NCBI GenBank assembly: GCA_002269645.1 | Contig: NIVC01000031.1 | Span: 682,001 to 746,000 of the forward strand | From: Macrostomum lignano | Taxonomy: Eukaryota | Reading direction: 5' to 3' | DNA length: 64,000 nt | Shown: positions 14,901-26,904 of the stretch, in pieces | Layout of the letters: every line of letters starts with the position of its first letter | Position numbering within the stretch: the first letter of the stretch is position 1 | Notes under the pieces: generated by a model | What the model was told of the DNA's origin: nothing | Databases searched by the model: none | Seen by the model: the letters and a program-made list of their open reading frames with translations, nothing else | Position numbers and translations under genes: made by a program

Positions 14901-17900
14901 TTTTGTTGTAATAAAAACACTGAAATTGATTGAAAGGCCTTTTGGAGTGAGTACTTTACTTACAACTGCACTTAGCTTGTACTCATATATTACCACTGTT
15001 TATATTAAATTACTATTATCCTTACTAACTCTTTAGAAATTCGTAATAAATGCTTAGTTATGCATGCATTTGCATTGCATCACTTATTTACTCACGTAGC
15101 TCATTTCAATCTGCTGACCTCTAACTCACTTGACCCATTTGACCTCGTGCCCCCATTTGACCCTCATGGCTCCATTTGACCCTCATGACTCCATTTGACC
15201 CTCATGACTCCATTTGACCCTCATGACTTCATTTGACCCTCGTGACTCCATTTGACCCTCGTGCCCCCATTTGACCCTCGTGACTCCATTTGACCCTCGT
15301 GACTCCATTTGACCCTCGTGACTCCATTTGACCCTCGTGACTCCATTTGACCCTCATGACTCCATTTGACCCTCATGACTTCATTTGACCCTCGTGACTC
15401 CATTTGACCCTCGTGCCCCCATTTGACCCTCGTGACTCCATTTGACCCTCGTGACTCCATTTGACCCTCATGACTCCATTTGACCCTCATGACTCCATTT
15501 GACCCTCATGACTCCATTTGACCCTCGTGACTCCATTTGACCCTCATGACTCCATTTGACCCTCGTGACTCCATTTGACCCTCGTGACTCCATTTGACCC
15601 TCATGACTCCATTTGACCCTCATGACTCCATTTGACCCTCATGACTCCATTTGACCCTCATGACTCCATTTGACCCTCGTGACTCCATTTGACCCTCATG
15701 ACTCCATTTGACCCTCATGACTCCATTTGACCTTTGTGACTCCATTGACCCTCGTGACTCCATTTGACCCTCATGACTCCATTTGACCCTCGTGACTCCA
15801 TTTGACCCTCATGACTCCATTTGACCCTCATGACTCCATTTGACCCTCGTAACCCAATTGTTCTAAGTTTATTCTAAAAATTCTACACTACATTGAACTT
15901 ACATTAAATTGTTTATCCGCATTAGAGATTTCATTGTGTGCACATATTTAATAAATCTGCACATTAGTTCAAGTAAAATTGTACACAGCATGTGTAGCTA
16001 TTATGAAATTTGGCACTTAATTAAATCTATTTGCACTGTTGTTAAATCTTAGTGATTGACATTAAAAATAGTTAAATTTACATTCTTACTTAAGTTTAGT
16101 TGCTTCATTTTTTCTTAATTACTTTCCTCGTCTAATGGGTGTTTAGATTTAATTATCAATATTTATTGTTAAACCTCTTTTTTGTCTTTATAAATGCCAT
16201 TGCTACAGTACTATAATGCAATTTTAATACTACTTTTTCACAAATAGTAGTATGACGTGAATGTTTTTAGCCAGAATTTATTAATTAATACTGACAGTAA
16301 ATTTAACGGATATAAATAATTGTTAAGTATTTTCAAAGCTATATATTGCATATTCATTTTGTCTCGAATTTCCATAGAAAAAAATGTTCATCTATACTCT
16401 GCCCCAAAATTTCTTTTTCCCCTCCAACTTGCAGGGTGGGATTACACAGAGAAGAAGTTCTCTGCCCACGCAGCCTATCACAGGCATCGATACAGTTATT
16501 ATAGAAATTCTGGTGTGTTGCTTTATCGTTTACATTTTTCAAGTCAATTAATTAAAACAATTAATTGAAAATTTTATTATTATTAAAATTAACGTTTTGT
16601 TGTCTTTTTCTTTTAGTTTTCTTTTTCTCTATCTAATAATTTTCATCCCATATTTATATCTATATTTTATTCGATTTTAATATCTGTTTTTAGTTAGATA
16701 GCCTTAGTTATCACTGTTCGGTGGTCTCGTGTTGTTAGTAGATGCACTAATGTTTAGTCGCTGGATTACAGGTTATTATTAATAAGTAACATTCGAAAGA
16801 CCAGTTGCGGTTAATATACTACTTACTAAGTAAGTAGCTTAAAATGCTCGCTTAATCGCATGATATTATTTATTCTCATAAACTACATTTACAAACAGGT
16901 TTTGCATTGGCTGGATGCTTTCAACTATTGTTAAACTGCTTATGAGGTCTTTCGAATGTTTATGGGTCTTGTTGGTTAACTGGTGTTTGCTAATCATCCT
17001 CATTCCTTATTTTACATATTCAGATGGGTATTTTATTTAAATTGAACTCAGCTTAGCTTTTAGTATTCATTCCTCCATTATTCAACATATAGTATAGATT
17101 GCTAATCTATTCAATCTCATGATTAATAGGAACAGAATATGGATTGCTAATCTAGCTAGTCACAGATAAGATTAATAGAAATAGAATATGGATTGCTAAT
17201 CTAGCCAATCACAGATGAGATTAATAAATAGAACATGGATTGCTAATCTAGTCAATCACAGATAAGATTAATAAATAGAATATGGATTGCTAATCTAGCT
17301 AGTCACAGATGAGCTTAATAAATAGAATATGGATTGCTAATCTAGCTGCGCCAGTCACAGATAAGATTAATAAATAGAATATGGATTGCTAATCTAGTCA
17401 ATCACAGATGAGCTTAATAAATAGAATATGGATTGCTAATCTAGTCAATCACAGATTAGATTAATAAATAGAATATGGATTGCTAATCTAGCTGCGCCAG
17501 TCACAGATAAGATTAATAAATAGAATATGGATTGCTAATCTAGTCAATCACAGATGAGCTTAATAAATAGAATATGGATTGCTAATCTAGTCAATCACAG
17601 ATGAGATTAATAAATCGAATATGGATTGCTAATCTAGTCAATCACAGATGAGCTTAATAGAAATAGAATATGGATTGCTAATCTAGCCAGTCACAGATGA
17701 GATTAATAAATAGAATATGGATTGCTAATCTAGCTAGTCACAGATAAGATTAATAGAAATAGAATATGGATTGCTAATCTAGCTAGTCACAGATAAGATT
17801 AATAGAAATAGAATATAGATTGCTAATCTAGCCAGTCACAGATAAGATTAATAGAAATAGAATATGGATTGCTAATCTAGCCAGTCACAGATAAGATTAA

Positions 17901-19913
17901 TAGAAATAGAATATGGATTGCTAATCTAGCCAGTCACAGATAAGATTAATAGAAATAGAATATGGATTGCTAATCTAGCCAGTCACAGATAATATTAATA
18001 AATACAATATGGATTGCTAATCTAGCCAGTCACAGATAAGATTAATAGAAATAGAATATGGATTGCTAATCTAGCCAGTCACAGATAAGATTAATAGAAA
18101 TAGAATATGGATTGCTAATCTAGCCAGTCACAGATAATATTAATAAATACAATATGGATTGCTAATCTAGCTAGTCACATCTACATTTATATAGACATTT
18201 ATAATATGGATTGCTAATCTAGCCAGTCACAGATAAGATTAATAGAAATACAATATGGATTGCTAATCTAGCTAGTCACAGATAAGATTAATAGAAATAG
18301 AATATGGATTGCTAATCTAGCCAGTCACAGATAAGATTAATAGAAATAGAATATGGATTGCTAATCTAGCCAGTCACAGATAATATTAATAAATACAATA
18401 TGGATTGCTTATCTAGCTAGTCACAGATGAGATTAATAGGAATAGAATATGGATTGCTAATCTAGCCAATCACAGATGAGATTAATAGGAATAGAATATG
18501 GATTGCTAATCTAGCCAATCACAGATGAGATTAATAGGAATAGAATATGGATTGCTAAGCTAGCCAATCACAGATAGAATTAAACGAAAAACAATTCGAC
18601 ATGAAATGAAAGGCAACTAACAACAATATCACTGAATCGTAAAATATCTTTATTTTCAATTATTTAAAAAAATTATCGTGCTTAAACGGAGCTTTCACTG
18701 AATATCTCGGACTGACTGGAACCTATGTGTACACAGTTGTATTTAATTTGTGGCAAACAAAAATGGCAAGTTTTATCTAATAAATAGTTTTGCTGAGTTG
18801 AACACACAAATCAGTTGCGAGCTTTTGTTAGCTATCGTTTATGTTTACATTTATAATATGATATAATTAAATGCTTATGTTTTCATTTTTCATTTTCACC
18901 TGTAGTTTACCTGCAATCCTACCCTTTGCGCGCTATTTTGTAGTCATTTTGCTGACTGTGTCTGTCCTGTAGCGTAGGTGAACGATAACTTCTCTGCTAT
19001 TTTGACCTTGAAATGTCCCCACCCCTGTTGCAGCCAGCAATCACCAAACAGCCTCAAGAGTTACTCACCGCCTGTCAGGTATTCCATAAGTGTTAAATAT
19101 AGACAATAAAAGACCCAGTTTTTACGTTTATAATTTTTTTTATCCAACTGGATTGAAAATAGTGGAATATAAGTACTTTTCTACTTATGGTTAGTAGTGT
19201 GATGGAGTGATTTCCTAGAATCATTAATTATAGTAATGTAAATCCGACTCTTCCCTTGCCTGTTTGTTCTGCATGTCGGTGTTTTTTGTGACAGTCCATA
19301 ATTTGAATGATTATAAATTAATAAATCAATTAACGATGATTAATTATTGCAGATAATTAGCAGTTTCCATCCCCCATGATATTTTTAAAGAGTAAAAACT
19401 TTTCTCCTACTGTCAGTATTATAATTCAGTATTAATACAAATACATAAGTAATTAATTATTCAGGGATTGCCGAGTACCCTGGTCAAGGCGAGGACTCAG
19501 CTGAGAATGCTCAAGAAGAGGTTGACAAGGCAGTCTCACAAGTCGAGGATGTTGTCCGGCGGCTCAACGACCTCAAACTGAACCCTGGTGCCGGTGACAA
19601 GTCGGCTTCTAGAAAGGTTGGCGTTTGAAGTTTTTGTGTTTTTCTTCTTCAATTTTTGTGATACTATGTGATAAACTTATTTAAATATTTTATGAATAGA
19701 TTGTTTCCTTTAGCTGTACTGATATTGTACGCATGACGTTTTTGTGTAGCTTGTAGAATTTATATGCCAATACAGTTCCTTTATGCTGGACTCTGAGTTT
19801 TGTTTCATTTTATTCGTTCATTCCTTTTTCATTTACTTCTCTAACGCGAAAGACAGTTAATGCTGTCTGTCTGTCTGTCTGTCTTTCTGTCTGCCTGTCT
19901 GTCTGTCTGTCTT

Positions 19914-19947
<34 letters not shown>

Positions 19948-19955
19948 CGTTTGTG

Positions 19956-19986
<31 letters not shown>

Positions 19987-19988
19987 AA

Positions 19989-20069
<81 letters not shown>

Positions 20070-20108
20070 CGTTTGTGTGTCTGTCTGTCTGTCTGTCTGT
20101 CTGTCTAA

Positions 20109-20189
<81 letters not shown>

Positions 20190-20197
20190 CGTTTGTG

Positions 20198-20228
<31 letters not shown>

Positions 20229-20230
20229 AA

Positions 20231-20280
<50 letters not shown>

Positions 20281-20307
20281 TTCTGTCTTTCTGTCTGTCC
20301 GTTTGTG

Positions 20308-20374
<67 letters not shown>

Positions 20375-20376
20375 AA

Positions 20377-20440
<64 letters not shown>

Positions 20441-20442
20441 AA

Positions 20443-20489
<47 letters not shown>

Positions 20490-20534
20490 ATTGTCTGTCT
20501 GTCTGTCTGTAATCGTCTGTCTGTCTGTCTGTAA

Positions 20535-20567
<33 letters not shown>

Positions 20568-22584
20568 CTTCTGTCTTTCCATCTCTCTGTCTTCTGTTAA
20601 AATTTCAGATTATAATTTACGATAAGTAATTAATCATAAAAAATACAAATGTATCAATTCTCGGAACACTTTTGAAACCTATAAACTAGTATAACCAATC
20701 AACAATTTACATACTGTATTTGAACTAGAATGATTTGTAAATGTAATTTAAGGCATGCATTTCAATATTTTATTTATTTGTTTATTTATAAAGCTGCTCG
20801 TTCACTTTACTAACAACTGAAATTTCAAAGTGTAAGGGACAGTTCTTCGGTAAACTACTCGTAGATGGAAAGTGAGTTACATGTACCCGATCACAATCCT
20901 CTGTAAAAATGGCTGTCCCAATTTCCAGTCCGCTCCACCGCCAGTGCCGCCAAAACCGTCGGCTTCGTTAAGGCAGGCAAAACTGCCTCCAGGACAAGCG
21001 GCTCAACGACAAATGGTTTGAGTAGTTTGATTTTATCAGCGGCTCACCTTAGAAATAAGTTTTAAGCGTGTCTTCAGCTAAGCGCTGCCATTAATTTTAG
21101 TTTGAGAGAATCTTTATAAAAGGGATAAAACCTATTCTTTATATTTGTCTACATTTTAGGCGGTTTAGGACATCTAGAGTGTGTCTATAAATAATCTAGT
21201 GTGTCTATAGTTCATCTATATTGTGTCTATAGGTCATCTAGATTGTGTCTATAGATCATCTAGATTGTGTCTTTAGATCATCTAGAGTGTGTTTATAGAT
21301 CATCTAGAGTGTGTCTATAGTTCATCTAGATTGTGTCTATAGTTCATCTATATTGTGTCTAAAGATCATCTAGAGTGTGTTTATAGATCATCTAGAGTGT
21401 GTCTATAGTTCATCTAGATTGTGTCTATAGTTCATCTATATTGTGTCTAAAGATCATCTAGAGTGTGTCTATAGTTCATCTAGATTGTGTCTATAGATCA
21501 TCTAGATTGTGTCTTTAGATCATCTAGAGTGTGTTTATAGATCATCTAGAGTGTGTCTATAGTTCATCTAGATTGTGTCTATAGTTCATCTATATTGTGT
21601 CTAAAGATCATCTAGAGTGTGTCTATAGTTCATCTAGATTGTGTCTATAGTTCATCTATATTGTGTCTAAAGATCATCTAGAGTGTGTCTATATTTCATA
21701 TAGACTGTGTCTAAAGATCATCTAGAGTGTGTCTATAGATAATCTGTGTCTATAGACCATCTAGAGTGTGTCTATAGTTCATCTAGATTGTGTCTAAAGA
21801 TCATCTAGAGTGCGTCTATAGATCATCTAGATTGTGCCTATAGATCATCTAGAGTGTGTCTATAGTTCATCTAGATTGTGTCTATAGTTCATCTATATTG
21901 TGTCTAAAGATCATCTAGAGTGTGTCTATAGTTCATCTAGATTGTGTCTATAGTTCATCTATATTGTGTCTAAAGATCATCTAGAGTGTGTCTATATTTC
22001 ATATAGACTGTGTCTAAAGATCATCTAGAGTGTGTCTATAGATAATCTGTGTCTATAGACCATCTAGAGTGTGTCTATAGTTCATCTAGATTGTGTCTAA
22101 AGATCATCTAGAGTGCGTCTATAGATCATCTAGATTGTGCCTATAGATCATCTAGAGTGTGTCTATAGATAAACTTTGCGTGTCCATAGATCATCTGTGT
22201 ATATCGATTGTCTAGAGGCCATCTAGAACTCGCCTGTAGATTCATGTAGAGAGTGCCGATTACATCATAACAACTTGTTGCAGAATTTTTAATGTGGTAA
22301 TTTTTTAATTTGGCGCTAACAAATTAATTGCAGATCTTCTAAACTTTTTCTTAAATTCTCACTAGTAGTTAATAAGTTATAAAGTCGATTTTATATTTCG
22401 ATTTTAAAATTGTCCTACCCAACTCTGTGTTACGTCTTATATCTATCTAGCTTGTATCAGTTTCCGACACAGGTGCACTTTTAAATTCCCTTTTGGCGAT
22501 GATTTTAACATCAGCTATTGTTGGAGAGGGTTCTGCCAATCTGTGTCGCATTCTGCATTGGTGATAGCACTGTGTAACGCTTAG

Positions 22585-22638
<54 letters not shown>

Positions 22639-22848
22639 GTCTATCCATCTATCTATCTATCTATCTACTTATCTATCTATCTATCCATCTATCTATCTAT
22701 CCATCTATCTATCTATCTATCTGTCTATCCATCTATCTATCTATCTATCTATCTACTTATCTATCTATCTATCCATCTATCTATCTATCCATCTATCTAT
22801 CTATCTATCCATCTATCCATCTATCTATATATCTATCTATCTATCTAC

Positions 22849-22885
<37 letters not shown>

Positions 22886-23170
22886 CATCTATCTATCCAT
22901 CTATCTATCTATCTATCCATCTATCCATCTATCTATCTATCTGTCTATCCATCTATCTATCTATCTATCTACTTATCTATCTATCTATCCATCTATCTAT
23001 CTATCTGTCTATCCATCTATCTATCTATCTATCTACTTATCTATCTATCTATCCATCTATCTATCTATCCATCTATCTATCTATCTATCCATCTATCCAT
23101 CTATCTATATATCTATCTATCTATCTACTTATCTATCTATCCATCTATCTATCTATCTATCCATCTATCC

Positions 23171-23215
<45 letters not shown>

Positions 23216-23292
23216 CTTATCCATCTATCTATCTATCTATCTATCTATCTGTCTATCTATCTATCTGTCTATCTATCTATCTATCTATCTAC

Positions 23293-23325
<33 letters not shown>

Positions 23326-23342
23326 CATCTATCTATCTATCC

Positions 23343-23373
<31 letters not shown>

Positions 23374-23374
23374 C

Positions 23375-23405
<31 letters not shown>

Positions 23406-26232
23406 CCTTCATCTATCTTTTTATCTATCTCTCTATCTTATTATCTTATTATTTTATTATCCCATCTTACAAAAGCAAAAAGTATTTCATGTTTTCGGCC
23501 TGGCGCCTGGCTTATAAAAAACGATATTTCTGCAAAATCATAAGTCTCAAATATTTATTCCTTCTCAACTGTCACCTGTCACCAAAAACTTCGCCACTTT
23601 CACAGTCCGCACCGGAGGGCGCCTCGGCGGCAGCGGCGGCCGCCGGCCCCTCAAAGAACGGAGGCGGCTCCTCCAGCCCAGAGGCGAGCAGCCGCAAGCA
23701 GCCCATACTGGACTCGGCCATGGACATCGCAGACGCCATCTCCAAACTGCTGCAGTATGCTCAGCTGGCGCAGAAAGAATTGGCACTGAAAAATGCTGAA
23801 GCTAATGCCGACGTGTCTGCAGCTAACAGTGCGTCACTCTCAGATTGTCGAACTTTTACCCTCCTAGATTCCTAAGTTGTCACTCTCTTCTAGGTTCTCA
23901 AGTTGTCACTCTCTTCTAGGTTCTCAAGTTGTCACTCTCTTCTAGGTTCTCAAGTTGTCACTCTCTTCTAGGTTCTCAAGTTGTCACTCTCTTCTAGGTT
24001 CTCAAGTTGTCACTCTCTTCTAGGTTCTCAAGTTGTCACTCTCTTCTAGGTTCTCAAGTTGTCACTCTCTTCTAGGTTCTCAAGTTGTCACTCTCTTCTA
24101 GGTTCTCAAGTTGTCACTCTCTTCTAGGTTCTCAAGTTGTCACTCTCTTCTAGGTTCTCAAGTTGTCACTCTCTTCTAGGTTTTCAAGTTGTCACTCTCT
24201 TCTAGGTTCTCAAGTTGTCACTCTCTCCTAGGTTCTCAAGTTGTCACTCTCTTCTAGGTTCTTAAGTTGTCACTCTCTTCTAGGTTCTCAAGTTGTCACT
24301 CTCTTCTAGGTTCTTAAGTTGTCACTCTCTTCTAGGTTATCAAGTTGTCACTCTCTCCTAGGTTCTCAAGTTGTCACTCTCTTCTAGGTTCTCAAGTTGT
24401 CACTCTCTTCTAGGTTCTCAAGTTGTCACTCTCTTCTAGGTTCTCAAGTTGTCACTCTCTTCTAGGTTCTCAAGTTGTCACTCTCTTCTAGGTTCTCAAG
24501 TTGTCACTCTCTCCTAGGTTCTCAAGTTGTCACTCTCTCCTAAATTCTAAAGTTGTCACTCTCTTTGCCAGCACTCTGGAGTTGTCACTCTCCCCTGTCA
24601 CTCCACCCCACCCTTCACCCTAATCACGCAGCTCCCTGGTCGCAAGCATTCGTCACGGCAGCCAAGCACGTGGCCGCAGCGGTGCACCACCTGTGCGAGA
24701 CGGCCAACGCCGTGGCCCAGGGCCGGTCCACGGAAGACCGGCTGATCTCAGCCAGCAAGCAGGTGGCCGCCAGCACCGCCCAGCTGTTGGTTGAGAGCAA
24801 AGTGCGAGCAGATCCGCACTCCGAGACCACTCGGAGACTGCAGGATGCCGGCCAGTCTGTCAAGCGGGCCACCGAGCGGTTGGTGGCGGAGGCGCAGTCA
24901 GCGATTGACAAGTCGGAGGCTGAGGACCGGCTGCAACTGGGCGACTCGATGGTGCACTCGGTTAAAATGGTGAGCTTTTGTGCGATATGTATTATAGATT
25001 GTTAATGGATTAGCAATCCGTATTTGTGTAGATTAGCAATCCATATTTGTGTAGATTAGCAATCCATATTTGTGTAGATTAGCAATCCATATTTGTGTAG
25101 ATTAGCAATCCATATTTGTGTAGATTAGCAATCCATATTTGTGTAGATTAGCAATCCATATATTTATATGTAGATTAGAAATCCATATTTTGTAGATTAG
25201 AAATTCATATTTTGTAGATTAGCAATCCATATTTTGTAGATTAGCAATCCATATTTGTGTAGATTAGCAATCCATATTTATATGTAGATTAGAAATACAT
25301 ATTTTGTAGATTAGCAATCCATATTTGTGTAGATTAGCAATCCATATTTATATGTAGATTAGCAATCCATATTTATATGTAGATTAGCAATCCATATTTG
25401 TGTAGATTAGCAATCCATATTTGTGTAGATTAGCAATCCATATTTATATGTAGATTAGAAATACATATTTTGTAGATTAGCAATCCATATTTGTGTAGAT
25501 TAGCAATCCATATTTGTGTAGATTAGCAATCCATATTTATCTGTAGATTAGCAATCCATATTTGTGTAGATTAGCAATCCATATTTATCTGTAGATTAGC
25601 AATCCATATTTGTGTAGATTAGCAATCCATATTTATATGTAGATTAGCAATCCATATTTGTGTAGATTAGCAATCCATATATTTATATGTAGATTAGAAA
25701 TACATATTTTGTAGATTAGCAATCCATTTATTTATATTTAGATTAGCAATCCATATTTGTGTAGATTAGCAATCCCATATATATGTAGATTAGCAATCCA
25801 TATTTGTGTAGATTAGCAATCCATATTTATGTAGATTAGCAATCCATATTTATGTAGATTAGCATCCATATTTGTGTAGATTAGCAATCCATATTTGTGT
25901 AGATTAGCAATCCATATTTGTGTAGATTAGCAATCCATATTTATGTAGATTAGCAATCCATACTTATGTAGATTAGCAATCCATATTTGTATAGATTAGC
26001 AATCCATATTTGTGTAGATTAGCAATCCATATTTGTGTAGATTAGCAATCCATATTTACACAGATTAGCGATCCAGCTATTATGTAAACTTCTAATCCTT
26101 TCACAGCTAATCGAGGCCCGCGAGAGCATCTATCAGAAGCAACGTGAGCTCGACAATATGCGCAAGCGCTACCAGGGTGCCTGGAGCGAGCATCAGTCTA
26201 AATATCCCGAACTGTACGAGGAGAATCAGTAG
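130..26232 (+). CDS. tln: Talin, 5'-partial (rod domains ~R6-R13, I/LWEQ actin-binding domain, C-terminal dimerisation helix)
   Basis: Phase-consistent GT-AG exon chain read by hand: 130-470, 1164-1387, 2770-3099, 3525-3668, 5765-5929, 6741-7060, 7879-8252, 9185-9899, 10754-10937, 11882-12209, 13330-13719, 19465-19616, 23606-23828, 24632-24969, 26107-26232 (stop TAG). Translation contains talin-diagnostic stretches recalled from vertebrate TLN1: [83 protein letters not shown], and the terminal helix [21 protein letters not shown]. The gene start lies upstream of the window. Confidence 0.95.
575..965. repeat. Degenerate ~22-bp minisatellite (ATATGGGTCATTTTGGTCAT), talin intron
   Basis: Visible tandem units. 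Confidence 0.85.
1410..2700. repeat. 23-bp minisatellite GGGTGTCAGTAGTATGGTTGCTA, talin intron
   Basis: Visible tandem units filling almost the whole intron 1388-2769. Confidence 0.95.
3135..3430. repeat. 24-bp minisatellite TGTCAGGAGGGGCGCCAACATTGT
   Basis: Visible tandem units. Confidence 0.9.
3895..5420. repeat. (TCAC)n microsatellite 3895-4375 and related 17-bp array CACTCATTCACTCTCAC 4850-5420
   Basis: Visible tandem units; they explain the HS-rich spurious ORFs. Confidence 0.9.
6170..6700. repeat. Degenerate ~55-60-bp repeat with core AAAAGGGCCGTTTTGT
   Basis: The core recurs about nine times. Confidence 0.8.
7085..7825. repeat. Degenerate ~30-bp array ATCCCAGATCCCAAAATGGGAGATTTTT
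   Basis: Visible tandem units with a TCCCA-AAA-TGGGA hairpin core. Confidence 0.85.
8270..9030. repeat. (TCTG)n microsatellite directly after a talin donor
   Basis: Visible; source of the CLSV/DRQT ORFs. Confidence 0.97.
11005..11740. repeat. 23-bp minisatellite GGGCGATTTTCTCAGGTAGTTGA
   Basis: About 30 tandem units. Confidence 0.95.
12270..13322. repeat. 25-bp minisatellite AAACATCGCCCTTAAACCACCCTAT
   Basis: About 40 tandem units ending 7-8 nt before the acceptor at 13329. Confidence 0.95.
14352..14396 (+). CDS. Candidate talin cassette micro-exon (45 nt, phase 1-1; [15 protein letters not shown])
   Basis: Pyrimidine tract TGTTCTCTCTTTATCCATCGCATTTTTTCAG before, GTATGT after; length divisible by 3, phase matches the flanking talin intron (phase 1), no stop codon. 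Confidence 0.55.
15125..15850. repeat. 19-bp minisatellite GTGACTCCATTTGACCCTC
   Basis: Visible tandem units. Confidence 0.95.
16435..16512 (+). CDS. Candidate talin cassette exon (78 nt, phase 1-1; [26 protein letters not shown])
   Basis: Acceptor TTCTTTTTCCCCTCCAACTTGCAG; donor GTGTGT (same hexamer as the talin donor at 7061); open in the talin phase-1 frame; a GC-richer island in AT-rich intron. Confidence 0.6.
17095..18575. repeat. ~47-50-bp minisatellite with core AATATGGATTGCTAATCTAG
   Basis: About 30 tandem units. Confidence 0.95.
19034..19078 (+). CDS. Candidate talin cassette micro-exon (45 nt, phase 1-1; [15 protein letters not shown])
   Basis: Acceptor CCCCACCCCTGTTGCAG, donor CAG|GTATTC; 45 nt, open in the talin phase-1 frame. 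Confidence 0.55.
19862..20575. repeat. (TCTG)n microsatellite
   Basis: Visible. Confidence 0.97.
20929..21015 (+). CDS. Candidate talin cassette or alternative last exon (87 nt, phase 0-0; [29 protein letters not shown])
   Basis: Acceptor CCCAATTTCCAG, donor GTTTGA; open in phase 0 like the surrounding talin intron (19617-23605); Pro-rich coding-like composition. Confidence 0.6.
21170..22230. repeat. 22-bp minisatellite TAGAGTGTGTCTATAGATCATC
   Basis: Visible tandem units with higher-order blocks. Confidence 0.95.
22585..23405. repeat. (TATC)n microsatellite
   Basis: Visible. Confidence 0.97.
23872..24600. repeat. 26-bp minisatellite AAGTTGTCACTCTCTTCTAGGTTCTC
   Basis: About 27 highly homogeneous units filling intron 23829-24631. 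Confidence 0.97.
25005..26075. repeat. ~23-bp minisatellite GTAGATTAGCAATCCATATTTGT
   Basis: Visible tandem units filling the last talin intron. Confidence 0.95.
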
Positions 26233-26384
26233 TGTCTGATTGCTGACTAAGACACATTTGGACTAATTATCGATTTTTAACTTTTTATATCTGCTTAACT
26301 CTACTAGTAGTAGTGAGGCTAAAAACAGTATCATTCTTAATGAGTCATTTGATTATGTAGTGATTGTTATCATAAGATGCTACG

Positions 26385-26660
26385 ACAAAGATAAGAAACC
26401 ATATGGGTCACATGATGCCAAGATAAGATAAGAAACAAAATGGGTCACGTGATGCTAAGATAAGATAAGAAACCATATGGGTCACATGATGCCAAGATAA
26501 GATAAGAAACAATATGGGTCACGTGATGCTAAGATAAGATAAGAAACCATATGGGTCACATGATGCCAAGATAAGATAAGAAACAATATGGGTCACGTGA
26601 TGCTAAGATAAGATAAGAAACCATGTGGGTCACGTGATGCCAAGATAAGATAAGAAACCA
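26385..26660. repeat. ~37-bp repeat in the talin 3' UTR (AAGATAAGATAAGAAACCATATGGGTCACATGATGCC)
   Basis: About 7 units. Confidence 0.9.
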
Positions 26661-26904
26661 TATGGGTCTACTGGTGCGTAATGCTACTTTTATTTTTTTT
26701 TGGCCTGACAAACCCCATTGTGTAGTCTAGATATTTAACTTTTAAACTTTGCTATTTGTATAAATGCTGTCATCTATTTTGTACACAAAAGTAATTGCTT
26801 GTTCATATTTGGCATTCTTTACCAACTGCTAGCTTGTTATGTTTCTGTTTTATATTGAGAATTTTACTCAAGAATTGCTGCATGATTCTGATAATTATTT
26901 TACT

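Noticed and set aside
575-15850. Inverted relationship between the 575 array (GGGTCATTTTGGTCA) and the 15125 array (reverse complement GGGTCAAATGGAGTCA)
   Set aside because: Only ~6-bp blocks match, too weak to distinguish from chance.
20831-20871. Exon-like segment with TACTAAC branch point, AAG acceptor and GTGAGT donor
   Set aside because: 41 nt, not frame-preserving, and leads to a stop in the next exon; kept only as a possible poison exon.
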